From: Rhodocyclaceae bacterium
GTDB lineage: Bacteria; Pseudomonadota; Gammaproteobacteria; Burkholderiales; Rhodocyclaceae
Length of the DNA stretch: 64,000 nucleotides
Assembly: GCA_031555955.1 (NCBI GenBank)
Contig: JAVBTY010000025.1
Span: 33,205 to 97,204 of the forward strand
Reading direction: 5' to 3'
Shown here: positions 18,090-28,400 of the stretch, piece by piece
Numbering within the stretch: position 1 is the first letter of the stretch
Layout: each line of letters starts with the position of its first letter
Notes under the pieces: generated by a model
The model's input: only the letters and a program-made list of their open reading frames with translations
Database searches by the model: none
What the model was told of the DNA's origin: nothing
Translations under genes and position numbers: made by a program

Positions 18090-18230
18090 AAAACCGCTGG
18101 GTGCGGCTTCTTGCGGAGATTTTTACGGAAACAGCCGACGGCCAGGTGAGAACCGGCCGCCGGTTTCGTTAGAATTCCGCCTTTGCGCCGCGCTGGCGGC
18201 ATCCAATCCCGCGATTTCGAGGACATCCCC

Positions 18231-19679
18231 GTGAAGTACATCTCTACCCGCGGCCATGCTGGCCAGCCGGAAAACCCCGGGTTTTGCGACATCCTGCTGG
18301 GCGGTCTCGCGCCGGACGGCGGACTGTACCTGCCCGAAAGCTATCCCCGCGTTTCGCGCGCGGAGCTGGATGCCTGGCGCACGCTTTCTTATGCCGATCT
18401 CGCCTTCGCCATCCTGTCAAAATTCATTACCGACATTCCGGCGGCCGATCTTGCGGCGATCTGCGCCAGAACCTACACCGCCGAAGTGTATTGCCACGCC
18501 CGCGCCGGTGACGACCCCGCCGACATTACCCCGGTGCGCTGGCTGGAACCGGGGCGGCTGGGCCTGCTGGAGCTTTCCAACGGGCCCACGCTCGCGTTCA
18601 AGGACATGGCCATGCAGTTGCTCGGCAACCTGTTCGAGTACGTGCTGGCCAAGCGCGGCGAAACAATCAACATCCTCGGCGCGACCTCGGGCGATACCGG
18701 CTCCGCGGCCGAATACGCGATGCGCGGCAAGCGCGGCGTGCGCGTGTTCATGCTTTCGCCGCATGGTTTGATGAGCCCGTTCCAGCGCGCGCAGATGTAT
18801 TCGCTTCAGGACGACAACATTTTCAATATCGCCGTCACCGGCATGTTCGACGATGCGCAGGACATCGTGAAGGCGGTGTCGAACGATCTCGCCTTCAAGG
18901 CGCGTCACAAGATCGGCGCGGTCAATTCGATCAACTGGGCGCGGGTGGCGGCGCAGATCGTGTATTACTTCAAGGGCTATTTCGCCGCCACGGCCAGCAA
19001 CGACCAGCAGGTGGCCTTCTGCGTGCCCTCGGGCAACTTCGGCAACATCTGCGCGGGCCATATCGCCCGCCAGATGGGCCTGCCGGTGGCGAAGCTGATC
19101 CTCGCCACCAACGAAAACGACGTGCTCGACGAGTTCTTCCGCAGCGGCGTTTACCGTCCGCGCAAGGCGGCGGAAACCCATGTCACCTCCAGCCCGTCGA
19201 TGGATATTTCCAAGGCGTCGAATTTCGAGCGCTTCGTGTTCGATCTCGCCGGACGCGATCCGGAAGTGGTGGCCGGGCTGTGGCGGCAGGTTGACGGCGG
19301 CGGCGCGTTCGATCTGTCGCAAACGCCCTGGTTCGCCCGCCTGCCGGAATTCGGCTTCACCTCTGGCCGCAGCACGCACGCCGACCGTCTGGCGACGATC
19401 CGCAAGGTGTTCGAGCGTTACGGCGTTGTCGTCGATACGCATACCGCCGATGGCCTCAAGGTGGCCTTCGACCATGCCGGCAGCGTGCCTGGGGGCGTGC
19501 CGCTTCTGGTGCTGGAAACCGCGCTTCCGGCGAAATTCGCCGAAACCATCCGCGAGGCGCTGGGGCGTGATCCGGAACGCCCCGCCGATCTCGCGCACAT
19601 CGAACAGTTGCCGCAGCGCGTCGAAGTGATGGCGCCGGACGTTGAGGCAGTCAAGGCTTTCATCGCCGCGCGGGTATGA
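18231..19679 (+). CDS. thrC: Threonine synthase
   Basis: GTG start (KYISTRG), GLAPDGGLY, GPTLAFKD (PLP Lys), ATSGDTG, NSINWAR, PSGNFGN. Confidence 0.95.
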   Translation: MKYISTRGHAGQPENPGFCDILLGGLAPDGGLYLPESYPRVSRAELDAWRTLSYADLAFAILSKFITDIPAADLAAICARTYTAEVYCHARAGDDPADITPVRWLEPGRLGLLELSNGPTLAFKDMAMQLLGNLFEYVLAKRGETINILGATSGDTGSAAEYAMRGKRGVRVFMLSPHGLMSPFQRAQMYSLQDDNIFNIAVTGMFDDAQDIVKAVSNDLAFKARHKIGAVNSINWARVAAQIVYYFKGYFAATASNDQQVAFCVPSGNFGNICAGHIARQMGLPVAKLILATNENDVLDEFFRSGVYRPRKAAETHVTSSPSMDISKASNFERFVFDLAGRDPEVVAGLWRQVDGGGAFDLSQTPWFARLPEFGFTSGRSTHADRLATIRKVFERYGVVVDTHTADGLKVAFDHAGSVPGGVPLLVLETALPAKFAETIREALGRDPERPADLAHIEQLPQRVEVMAPDVEAVKAFIAARV

Positions 19680-19814
19680 AACCGCCGCGCGGGCGGCAGT
19701 GAAGTCCGCCCGCGCACGGCGCGCCGGTTATTGGTATCGTTGCGCCCGTTCCGCTGCGCCGCCAGGCGATGCAGACGTTCCAGTTTGTTTGTTCTTTTAT
19801 TACGGAGATTCAGA

Positions 19815-20156
19815 ATGAGCGGTATCCAGATTTTTGAACCGGCGCAGTGCGGTTGTTCGGGCGGATGCGGTGGCGGCGCGGCGGGGTTCGACGCGGACTT
19901 CGAGTGGGCCGCGCAGAATGGCGCGAAGATCGAACGCATCAGCCCGTCGCGGCAGCCGGCGGCGTTCGCCGAAAACATGGCGCTCCAGGCAGTCCTGGCC
20001 CGTTCCGGTTCCGATGCCCTGCCGCTGACGCTGGTGAATGGCGAGGTGGTGCTGACGGGCCGTTATCCCAGCCGTGACGAACTGGCGGGCTGGGGCGATA
20101 TTTTCGAGAAGATGACCGCGCCGAAAGGCCATTGCTGCGGCTGCTGCGGCGGCTGA
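19815..20156 (+). CDS. arsD: ArsD-like metallochaperone (variant Cys pattern)
   Basis: IQIFEPAQCGCSGGCG, P.AF.EN, LPLTLVNGEVVLTGRYPSRDEL, C-terminal CCGCC; GGAGA RBS. Confidence 0.7.
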   Translation: MSGIQIFEPAQCGCSGGCGGGAAGFDADFEWAAQNGAKIERISPSRQPAAFAENMALQAVLARSGSDALPLTLVNGEVVLTGRYPSRDELAGWGDIFEKMTAPKGHCCGCCGG

Positions 20157-20514
20157 ACGCCCGCGCTCCAGACACGTGGAGCCGCTCTGCTGTGACGCGG
20201 CTCCGCGTCTCCGGCTCCACGCGCCTCCGGCCCGCTCGGGCCGGAATGTTTTCCACCACCAGACGGCGCGCGCTCAATACGCCCAGACGCTCCGCCGCCG
20301 CGTGCCGGACGAGCGGACCCGCATACGCGCCGGGCAGGCGTTCTTTCGCCAGCCAGACCCGCGGCAGTTTCCATAGCGTGTCGCGGAAGCGCCCATAAAA
20401 AAACGCGAAATGGCCGATTCCCGCCGGGCAGGGTGTTGCCCCTGGCTGCTGCGCGGCAGTCCTTATCCGGCAGGAATCCGGTTCGCCGTATCAGGGTTTT
20501 TCCGCATATATCAC

Positions 20515-20565
20515 TTGACGGCAAACATCAACAGAGTGACACTAATAGTAGCAATTATCATTACA
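20515..20565 (+). promoter_or_regulatory. Sigma70 promoter with adjacent Fur box for the ftr operon
   Basis: TTGACG (20515-20520), 17 nt, GACACT (20538-20543). Then AATAGTAGCAATTATCATTAC, whose reverse complement GTAATGATAATTGCTACTATT resembles the GATAATGATAATCATTATC consensus. Lies upstream of iron uptake genes. Confidence 0.7.
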
Positions 20566-20691
20566 GCAAGAGTATTCCTATGGCTACGCATGCGCGGCCG
20601 CACGGCCTGATCCGTGGGCCGGGGGTGTCCTGTTGATCCGTTCCGGCCAGCCCGCATGGGCGGCGGTTGTCCTGTTCTAATGGAGGTTTGC

Positions 20692-21243
20692 ATGTCTTTC
20701 CGTTTTCTGGCGGCGTCCGCCTTGCTGGGCGCGCTTTCTTTTTCCCCGTCCGCCCTGGCGATCGAATACCCCATCGGTTCGCCGCAGCAACGCTTTGGCA
20801 TGGAGATCGCCGCGGTCTATCTGCAGCCGGTGGTGATGGAGCCGGAAGGGATGATGAAGAGCGCGGAAAGCTCGGATATCCACATCGAGGCGGATATTTC
20901 GGCGCTGGGCAATAACCCCAACGGTTTCGAGGAAGGCGCGTGGATTCCCTATCTGATCGTGAAGTATGAAATCGCCAGGGTTGGCGGCGGCGACAGCGAA
21001 AAGCTCAGCGGCGAGTTCATGCCCATGGTGGCCAACGATGGCCCGCACTATGGCGACAACGTCAAGCTGTTCGGGCCGGGCAAGTACACGGTGAAGTACA
21101 CGATCCTGCCGCCGTCCGCGAACGCGCATGCCCACTTTGGCCGCCATACCGACCGGCTGACCGGGGTGCGCCCGTGGTTCAAGCCGTTCGAGGTGGAATA
21201 TGAATTCACCTACGCCGGTATTGGCAAGAAGGGCGGGTACTGA
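20692..21243 (+). CDS. ftrA: Periplasmic iron/copper-binding protein FtrA (P19/Tp34 family)
   Basis: Signal peptide; EYPIG, MEIAAVYLQP, DIHIEADI, MPMVANDGPHYG, FGRHTD; GGAGG RBS. Confidence 0.92.
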   Translation: MSFRFLAASALLGALSFSPSALAIEYPIGSPQQRFGMEIAAVYLQPVVMEPEGMMKSAESSDIHIEADISALGNNPNGFEEGAWIPYLIVKYEIARVGGGDSEKLSGEFMPMVANDGPHYGDNVKLFGPGKYTVKYTILPPSANAHAHFGRHTDRLTGVRPWFKPFEVEYEFTYAGIGKKGGY

Positions 21244-21244
21244 G

Positions 21245-22819
21245 ATGACGGCGTTTTCTGTTTCCCGTACCGCGCCGCGCCATCGCATGCGGGCGCTGGG
21301 GTTGGCCCTGGGGCTGGCGGCGGTCGGCGGCGCGCAGGCGGCGCCGTCGCAGGATGAGATGCTGCGCATGATGAAGGAGATGAACGCCCGTATCGACCGG
21401 CTCGAACGGCGCAACTCCGCGCTTGAACAGGAGCTGAACTCTGCGCGGAACTCCGCGCGCGGCGGCGCTCCCGCCCAGGCTGCACAGGCCGATGCGCCGT
21501 CGAAGCTGGAAGCGCGCGTGCAGGTGCTGGAGCAGCAGCAGACGAAGATCGCGGCTGATCTGGAAAAGGACACCATTTCCGAGAAGGAATCCGAGCTCAC
21601 CGCGCGCCTCAAGGCGATAGAGTTCCAGGGTGAGTCGGTGCAGAAGGCGGCGCGCATGGTCGAGGCGCTGGAAGGCGTGCAGGTTGGCGTGGCGTTTACC
21701 GCCGTCGCCCAGCATCCCGAAGGCGTACCGCGCGGCGTGGCCGAAAGCGAGCTCAACTATCGCGGCGATGCGTCGATCGGTATCGAACTGCCCAGCGTCG
21801 GCAATACCGGACAGCACCTGTTTGCGCATTTTCGTATCGGGCAGGGCGCGGGCCTGAACGGCCTGCCGGTGTATGCGGTGCCGAATGGCACGGTATTCAG
21901 CCCGATGTCGATGGAGCCGGATTCTGGCGATTCGTTCGCCGTGCTGGGCCAGCTCTGGTACCAGGCCACCATTCCGCTGCCGTTCGGCGGATTCGCGCCC
22001 AGTTCGAAGAGCCATCTGCATGTGAACTTCGGCAAGATGGATCCGTTCGTGTTCTTCGACCAGAACGCGGTCGCCAACGACGAATCGATCCAGTTCCTCA
22101 ATTCTGTTTTTGTGCATAACGCGCTGCTGGATGCGGGCGGAGATGTGGGCGTGGATTCCAACGGCTTTTCGCCCGGACTGCGCATGGCCTACATCAACGA
22201 GTCGAACGCGCAGGAACCGTGGATGCTGTCCTTTGGCGTTTTCGGCGCCGGGGAAGGCGCGAATTTCTCCCGCGCGTTTTCCGAGCCTTTCCTGATTGCG
22301 CAGGCGGGGAAAACCTTCCGGCTGTTCGAGGGCATGCCGGGCACCTACCGCGCCTATTACTGGCGCAACGGCCAGGCGGGCGGGTTCGATGAAACGGCCA
22401 GCTATATCCGCAAGGGCTTCGGCCTGTCGGTGGATCAGCAGATCGGCTCCGATTATTCCGTGTTCGCGCGCTTCGGCAAGCACATCCAGAACGATGGCGC
22501 CATGTTCGACCGTACGTGGTCCTTTGGCGGGGTGATGACGGGTAATCCGTGGAACCGCGGTGATGACCGCCTCGGGCTGGCGTTCAGCTGGCAGCGCACC
22601 AGCAGTGAATTCGCCGACTATTCGGCAGCGGGCGTGGAAGAGGGCAGTTCGGATTACGCCGCTTCTGGCAATGAGCGCGTGGCCGAGCTGTACTACAGCT
22701 ACCGCCTGAGCAAGGAGCTGGCGCTTACGCCCAGCCTGCAGTACATCACCAGGCCCGGCGGAAACAGTTCGGCCGACGATATCAGCATTCTCGGCCTGCG
22801 CGCCAACGTTGGGTTCTGA
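21245..22819 (+). CDS. OprB-like outer-membrane porin with N-terminal coiled coil (FtrP-like)
   Basis: Signal peptide, coiled coil, GKMDPFVFFDQNAVANDE..QFLN, ELYYSY...TPSLQYI, C-terminal Phe; embedded in the ftr operon. Confidence 0.8.
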   Translation: MTAFSVSRTAPRHRMRALGLALGLAAVGGAQAAPSQDEMLRMMKEMNARIDRLERRNSALEQELNSARNSARGGAPAQAAQADAPSKLEARVQVLEQQQTKIAADLEKDTISEKESELTARLKAIEFQGESVQKAARMVEALEGVQVGVAFTAVAQHPEGVPRGVAESELNYRGDASIGIELPSVGNTGQHLFAHFRIGQGAGLNGLPVYAVPNGTVFSPMSMEPDSGDSFAVLGQLWYQATIPLPFGGFAPSSKSHLHVNFGKMDPFVFFDQNAVANDESIQFLNSVFVHNALLDAGGDVGVDSNGFSPGLRMAYINESNAQEPWMLSFGVFGAGEGANFSRAFSEPFLIAQAGKTFRLFEGMPGTYRAYYWRNGQAGGFDETASYIRKGFGLSVDQQIGSDYSVFARFGKHIQNDGAMFDRTWSFGGVMTGNPWNRGDDRLGLAFSWQRTSSEFADYSAAGVEEGSSDYAASGNERVAELYYSYRLSKELALTPSLQYITRPGGNSSADDISILGLRANVGF

Positions 22820-22831
22820 CCAGAAAACAGC

Positions 22832-23188
22832 ATGATGCGTCTGCATGTATCTGCCTTCTGCCGCCGCGCCATGCTCGCCGCCAGCCTGCTGCTGGCGGCG
22901 GCGGGCGCGGGCGCGCAGGAGGATATGCCCAGCTTTGATCTCCTCATCAAGGCTGGGCGTTTTATTCCCGAAACGCTGGAGGTTCCAGCCAACACGAAAT
23001 TCCGCCTGCGGATCAAAAACGAGGGGCCCGGCGCGGAAGAATTCGAAAGCATCGAGCTGAAGAAAGAGAAAGTGCTTGCGCCGGGGGCGTCGAGTTTTCT
23101 CATCTTTCAGCCGCTGAAACCGGGCAGCTACAAGTTTTTCGGCGAGTTTCACCCCGAAACCGCGCAAGGCCGGATCGTCGCCCGATAG
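22832..23188 (+). CDS. ftrB: Cupredoxin-domain protein FtrB
   Basis: Signal peptide; PETLEVPA, EEFES..L..EKV, PGSYKFFGEFH. Confidence 0.88.
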   Translation: MMRLHVSAFCRRAMLAASLLLAAAGAGAQEDMPSFDLLIKAGRFIPETLEVPANTKFRLRIKNEGPGAEEFESIELKKEKVLAPGASSFLIFQPLKPGSYKFFGEFHPETAQGRIVAR

Positions 23189-23220
23189 GCGCGGACAGGG
23201 GCGCGCGAAAGGAAGCTGTG

Positions 23221-24033
23221 ATGGGCAATGCCCTGTTTGTGGTATGGCGTGAAAGCCTCGAAGCGATGCTGGTCATCGGCATTCTTCACGCCTGGATCGG
23301 GCGTAACCGGATCGAAGGCGGCTTCCGCGCGCTGTACGCGGGCGTTGGCGCGGGAATACTGCTCGCGCTGCTGCTGGGCTGGGCGATGCTCGCGGCGCAG
23401 AGCGAACTTTCCGGACTGGCGCTGGAGTGGTTCCAGACGGGGGTGCTGTTCGCCGCCGCCGTGCTGATCGCGCAGATGGTGCTGTGGATGGCGCGGCATG
23501 GGCGCGAGATGAAACAGCAGCTCGAAGCCGGCATGGCGCGGGCCGCCGGGCGCGGGCAATGGTTCGGCATGGCCGCGATCGCGGCGCTGGCCGTGGCGCG
23601 CGAAGGGGCGGAGACGGTGATTTTCCTCTACGGCCTGAGCATGGAAGGCGGCGGCATGGCCGCGCTGGCCGGCGGCGCGGCGGGCGGATTTCTCCTTGCG
23701 CTGGCGACGGCGTGGGCGGCGGCGCGCGGGCTGCGGGGGATCAACATGCGGCATTTTTTCACCCTCAGCGGCATCCTGCTGCTTGTGTTCGCCGCCGCGC
23801 TTTTCGCCGCAGGCATCGAGCGCCTCATTGGCATGGGCGTGCTTCCGGCGCTGATTGATCCGCTGTGGGATAGCAGCGCGCTGCTCGACGACAGTTCCAG
23901 CGGCGGGCGTTTCGTGGCCGGGCTCACCGGTTACCGCGCGCAGCCTTCGCTGATGCTGCTGCTGTGTTACGCCGCATTCTGGCTCTGCGTCGGCGGCCTG
24001 CGGCAGGCCATGGCGCGGACGTCGCGGGAGTAA
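23221..24033 (+). CDS. ftrC: FTR1 family iron permease FtrC
   Basis: Two REXXE motifs (RESLE, REGAE) and a hydrophobic multi-TM profile. Confidence 0.92.
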   Translation: MGNALFVVWRESLEAMLVIGILHAWIGRNRIEGGFRALYAGVGAGILLALLLGWAMLAAQSELSGLALEWFQTGVLFAAAVLIAQMVLWMARHGREMKQQLEAGMARAAGRGQWFGMAAIAALAVAREGAETVIFLYGLSMEGGGMAALAGGAAGGFLLALATAWAAARGLRGINMRHFFTLSGILLLVFAAALFAAGIERLIGMGVLPALIDPLWDSSALLDDSSSGGRFVAGLTGYRAQPSLMLLLCYAAFWLCVGGLRQAMARTSRE

Positions 24034-24037
24034 GCGC

Positions 24038-25405
24038 ATGCCGCGCGGTTTCATCGCCGCATTTGGGGAGGCGCTGGCGCGCCACCGGCGCACCCTTATC
24101 GCCATTCAATGGGCGGTGGTGGTGTTTTATTTCGGCCTGCTCATCATCCCCGTGTGGACGCCGCCGCCGCCGGAAGACGCCCATATCTGGAGCAACCTGC
24201 GCCTGCTGGCCCAGTTCGTATTCTGGGGGCTGTGGTGGCCGGGCGTCATGCTCGGCACGATGCTGTTCGGGCGGATGTGGTGCGGCGTGTTCTGCCCGGA
24301 GGGGGCGATCTCCGAATGGGCGAGCGGCTTCGGGCGCGGCAGGCCGGTGCCGCGCTGGCTCAAATGGGGCGGCTGGCCTTTTGTCGCGTTCGTGTGCACC
24401 ACGGTGTATGGGCAGCTCATCAGCGTGTATGAATACCAGGAAGCCGCACTGCTGATACTGGGCGGATCTTCGGTGGCGGCGGTGGCTATCGGGCTGCTGT
24501 ACGGACGGGGGCGGCGCGTGTGGTGCCGCCATCTGTGCCCGGCTTCGGGCGTGTTTGCGCTGCTGGCGCGGATCGCGCCGCTGCATTACCGCGTAGACCG
24601 CGCGGCGTGGGATCGCGGCGGGCGCGGCGTGATTCCGCTCAAACCCGTGGACTGTGCGCCGCTGGTCGATATCCGGCGCATGACGAGCGCTGCCGAGTGC
24701 CATAGCTGCGGGCGCTGCGCGGGGCATCGCGGTGCGGTCGAACTGGCCGCGCGCGCGCCGGGCGCGGAAGTGGCCGATCCTGGCGCGCCCGTGCGCGGCG
24801 CGGAGGCGGCGACGCTGCTGTTCGGCGTGCTGGGCGTGGCGACGCTGGCGTTCCAGTGGACGATCAGCCCGGTGTTCCTGCGGCTGAAAATGGCCGCTGC
24901 CGAATGGCTGGTGGAGCACGATGTTTTCTGGCCGCTGCAGGACAATGCGCCGTGGTGGGCGCTTACCCACTATCCCGCCGTCAACGACGTGTTCACCTGG
25001 CTGGATGGGGCGATGATCCTGGCCTACATCCTCGCTGGCGGCGTGCTGCTCGGCGCGCTGCTGTGGGGCTGCGTGGCGCTTGCGGCGAAAGTGGCGGCGG
25101 ATGCGCGCCTGGGCTGGCAGCGCCTGACGCTGACGCTGATTCCGCTGGGCGGCATCAACGTCGTGCTTGGGCTCACCATGCTCACCTTCAGCCAGCTGCG
25201 CGCGGAACGCATCGCCGTGCCCGGCGTGGACGGGCTGCGCGCCGCGCTGATGGCGCTGGCGGTGGCGTGGTCCATCGCGCTGGCCGTCGCGCTGCTGCGC
25301 CGCGCGGGCGGAAGCCTGCCGCGCCGCGCGGGCGCGTTCGCGCTGCTGCTGGCGCCGATGGCGGTGATGACGGCGATCTGGTACGCCATGTTCTTCGTCT
25401 GGTAA
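24038..25405 (+). CDS. ftrD: Membrane 4Fe-4S polyferredoxin FtrD
   Basis: GRMWCGVFCPEG, WCRHLCP, CHSCGRC motifs plus TM helices. Confidence 0.88.
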   Translation: MPRGFIAAFGEALARHRRTLIAIQWAVVVFYFGLLIIPVWTPPPPEDAHIWSNLRLLAQFVFWGLWWPGVMLGTMLFGRMWCGVFCPEGAISEWASGFGRGRPVPRWLKWGGWPFVAFVCTTVYGQLISVYEYQEAALLILGGSSVAAVAIGLLYGRGRRVWCRHLCPASGVFALLARIAPLHYRVDRAAWDRGGRGVIPLKPVDCAPLVDIRRMTSAAECHSCGRCAGHRGAVELAARAPGAEVADPGAPVRGAEAATLLFGVLGVATLAFQWTISPVFLRLKMAAAEWLVEHDVFWPLQDNAPWWALTHYPAVNDVFTWLDGAMILAYILAGGVLLGALLWGCVALAAKVAADARLGWQRLTLTLIPLGGINVVLGLTMLTFSQLRAERIAVPGVDGLRAALMALAVAWSIALAVALLRRAGGSLPRRAGAFALLLAPMAVMTAIWYAMFFVW

Positions 25406-25430
25406 GGCCGAAGGCCGGGGCGGCGTCCGG

Positions 25431-28400
25431 TTATCCGCCGCTGTGCGGGCGGAGCGGGGCGCGCGGCGGCCAGTCTCCGGCATCGTCCATCAGCAGCGCG
25501 GGGTTTCCGCCGCTGGCGGTGAGATCTTCCGAGAGCGTGCGCTCGGTGGCGAAGCGCAGCAGATAATGCGGCCCCCCCGCCTTCGGCCCCGTACCGGACA
25601 GTCCCTCTCCGCCGAAAGGCTGCGCGCCGACCGTGGCGCCGATCAGGCTGCGGTTCACATAGGTATTGCCCACGGGCAGGCGGGCGCGGATCCGCTCCAC
25701 GGTCGCGCCGATGCGGCTGTGAATGCCGAGGGTGAGCCCGTAGCCGAAGGCGGCGATAGCGTCGCACAGCGCGTCCAGCCCGTCCGCGCGCCAGCGCAGC
25801 ACGTGCAGCACCGGGCCGAACACTTCGCCGCGCAGGCGCTCCGGGCGGTCGATTTCCCACGCCTGCGGCGCGAAATAGGCTCCCGTGGCGGCGCGCGCCG
25901 GATCGAGGCGGCAGCGGTGGATCAGCCGGGCATGGGTCGCCAGCGCGGCGACGTGGGCATCGAGCGCCGCGCGGGCTTCAATGCTGATGAGCGGGCCGAT
26001 GTCAGTGGCGGGATTGCCCGGCGGGCCGATGGCGAGTTCATCCATCGCGCCCGCGAGCAGGGCGATGACGCGGCCGGCGATATCGTCCTGCACGCACAGC
26101 AGGCGCAGCGCCGAGCAGCGCTGCCCGGCGGAGTCGAACGCGGATGCGATGGCGTCGCGCACGATCTGTTCCGGCAGTGCGGAGGAATCGGCGATGAGCG
26201 CGTTCTGGCCGCCGGTTTCCGCGATCAGCGGCGTCAGCGGCCCCTCTCCGGCGGCAAGGCCGCGCGCGATCGCGCGCGCCACGGCGGTGGAGCCGGTGAA
26301 GGCGACGCCCGCGCAGCGGCGGTCCGCTGCCAGCGCGGCCCCGGTATGTCCATCGCCGGGCAGAAACTGCAGCGCCCCGGCGGGAATGCCCGCTTCGTGC
26401 AGCAGCAGCACGGCGGCGGCGGCGGTGAGCGGCGTCTGTTCCGCCGGTTTGGCGACCACGGTGTTACCGGCGGCGAGCGCGGCGGCGATCTGGCCGGTAA
26501 AAATCGCCAGCGGGAAATTCCACGGGCTGATGCAGACGAACACGCCGCGCCCGCCCAGGCTCAGGCTGTTGCGCTCGCCCGTGGGGCCGGGCAGGGCGCG
26601 TGGCGCGGCGAAAAGCTGGCGCGCCTGCTGCGCGTAATAGCGGCAGAAGTCGATCGCCTCGCGCGTTTCGGCCACGGCGGCGGCCAGGGTGCGGCCGCCT
26701 TCGCGCACGATCAGGGCGACAAAGGCTTCCTGGCGCGCCTGCAGCAGGTCAGCCGCCCGTTCCAGCGCGGCGGCGCGCAGCCCGGCCGGAGTGGCGCGCC
26801 AGGTGGGAAAGGCCGCGGCGGCGGCGGCGAGAGCGTCTCCGATGTCGCGGTTTGTGGCGTGGATAACGTGGCCGGTCACGTCGGCATGGTCCGCCGGTGA
26901 GGTCAGCGCGCGGGGCGGGCCAGAACGGGCATGGCCGTTGATCAGCGGCGCGGCGTGCAGCAGACCGGCGCGGCTGGCGTCCACCGCCCGCGCCAGGGCT
27001 TCTGCCGCGCGCCGGTCGGCAAGGTCGATTCCGGCGCTGTTTTCGCGCGGATGGTCAGAGTCGCGGTACAGATCGCGTGGCAGGGGCAGGCGCGGGGGGC
27101 GGATCTGTCCCACGTCCGCCAGCGCGGCCAGCGTTTCGGCCGGATCGCGCAGCAGTTCTTCCAGCGGCTGCGAGGCATCGGCGACGCGGTTGACGAAAGA
27201 GGCGCTGGCGCCGCTTTCCAGCAGACGGCGCACGAGGTAGGCAAGCAGATCCTCATGGCCGCCCACCGGGGCGTAAACGCGGCAGGGCTGCCGCCACTGG
27301 CGCGCGGCGGCGGCATGCAGCGCCTCGCCCATGCCGTGCAGGCGCTGGAATTCCCACTCCGCGCCGGGACCGGCGGCCGTGGCGAGTTCAGCCACGGCGG
27401 CCGCGGTGTGCGCGTTGTGGGTGGCGAACGCGGGGTAAAAGGCCACCGGATCGGCGAGCAGGCGGCGCGCGCAGGCAAGATAGGACACATCGGTGGCGGC
27501 CTTGCGCGTGAACACCGGGTAACCGGGCAGGCCGCGTTCCTGCGCGGCCTTGATTTCGCCGTCCCAGTACGCGCCCTTGACCAGGCGCACCGCCAGGCGG
27601 CGGTGCGTGCTGTGGGCGAGCGCGGCGAGCCAGTCCAGCAGCGGCAGGGCGCGTTTCTGGTAAGCCTGCACGGCGAGGCCCAGACCGTTCCAGCCCGCGA
27701 GCGCGGGGGCGTGCGCCAGCGCCTCGATGATGTCGAGCGAAAGTTCCAGACGGTCGCTTTCCTCCGCGTCGAGGGTGAAGCCGATATCGTGTTCGCGCGC
27801 CGCGCGCGCCAGCGTGAGCACGCGCGGCAGCAGCTCGCGCATCACCCGTTCATGCTGCTGCGGCTCGTAGCGCGGATGCAGCGCCGAAAGCTTGATCGAA
27901 ACCGAGGGCGCGGCGGATGCCGCTGCGGAGGAAGCATTCCGCGCGCCGGCGTGCGCGCCGGTGGCGGCGATGGCGGCGGCGTAGGCATCGAAGTAGCGTT
28001 GCGCATCGGCGGCGCAGCGCGCGGCTTCGCCCAGCATGTCGTAGGAATGACGCGCGCCCGCGCGCTCGGCGGCCGCGGCGCGCGCGAGCGCCTCGCCGAT
28101 GTTGCGCCCGATAACGAAACGCCGCCCGAGCAGCCGCACCGCGGCCAGCGCCGTGCGCCGCATCAGCGGATCGCTGGCGCGGGCGGCGATCCGGCGCATG
28201 AAACCGGCGTGCGCCGGATCGGCATGCAGCCGCTCCGCAAGGCGTAACGCCCACGACGATGCCTGCACAAAGGTGGAGGACGGCGCGCCGGAGGGCGGCA
28301 TCCAGCTGGCATGACCGGGCCGGCCGTGGATCAGGCGGTCGTGGATCAGGCGGTCGCGGGTAGCGTCGTCGGGCGTGCGCAGCAGCGCTTCGGCCAGACT

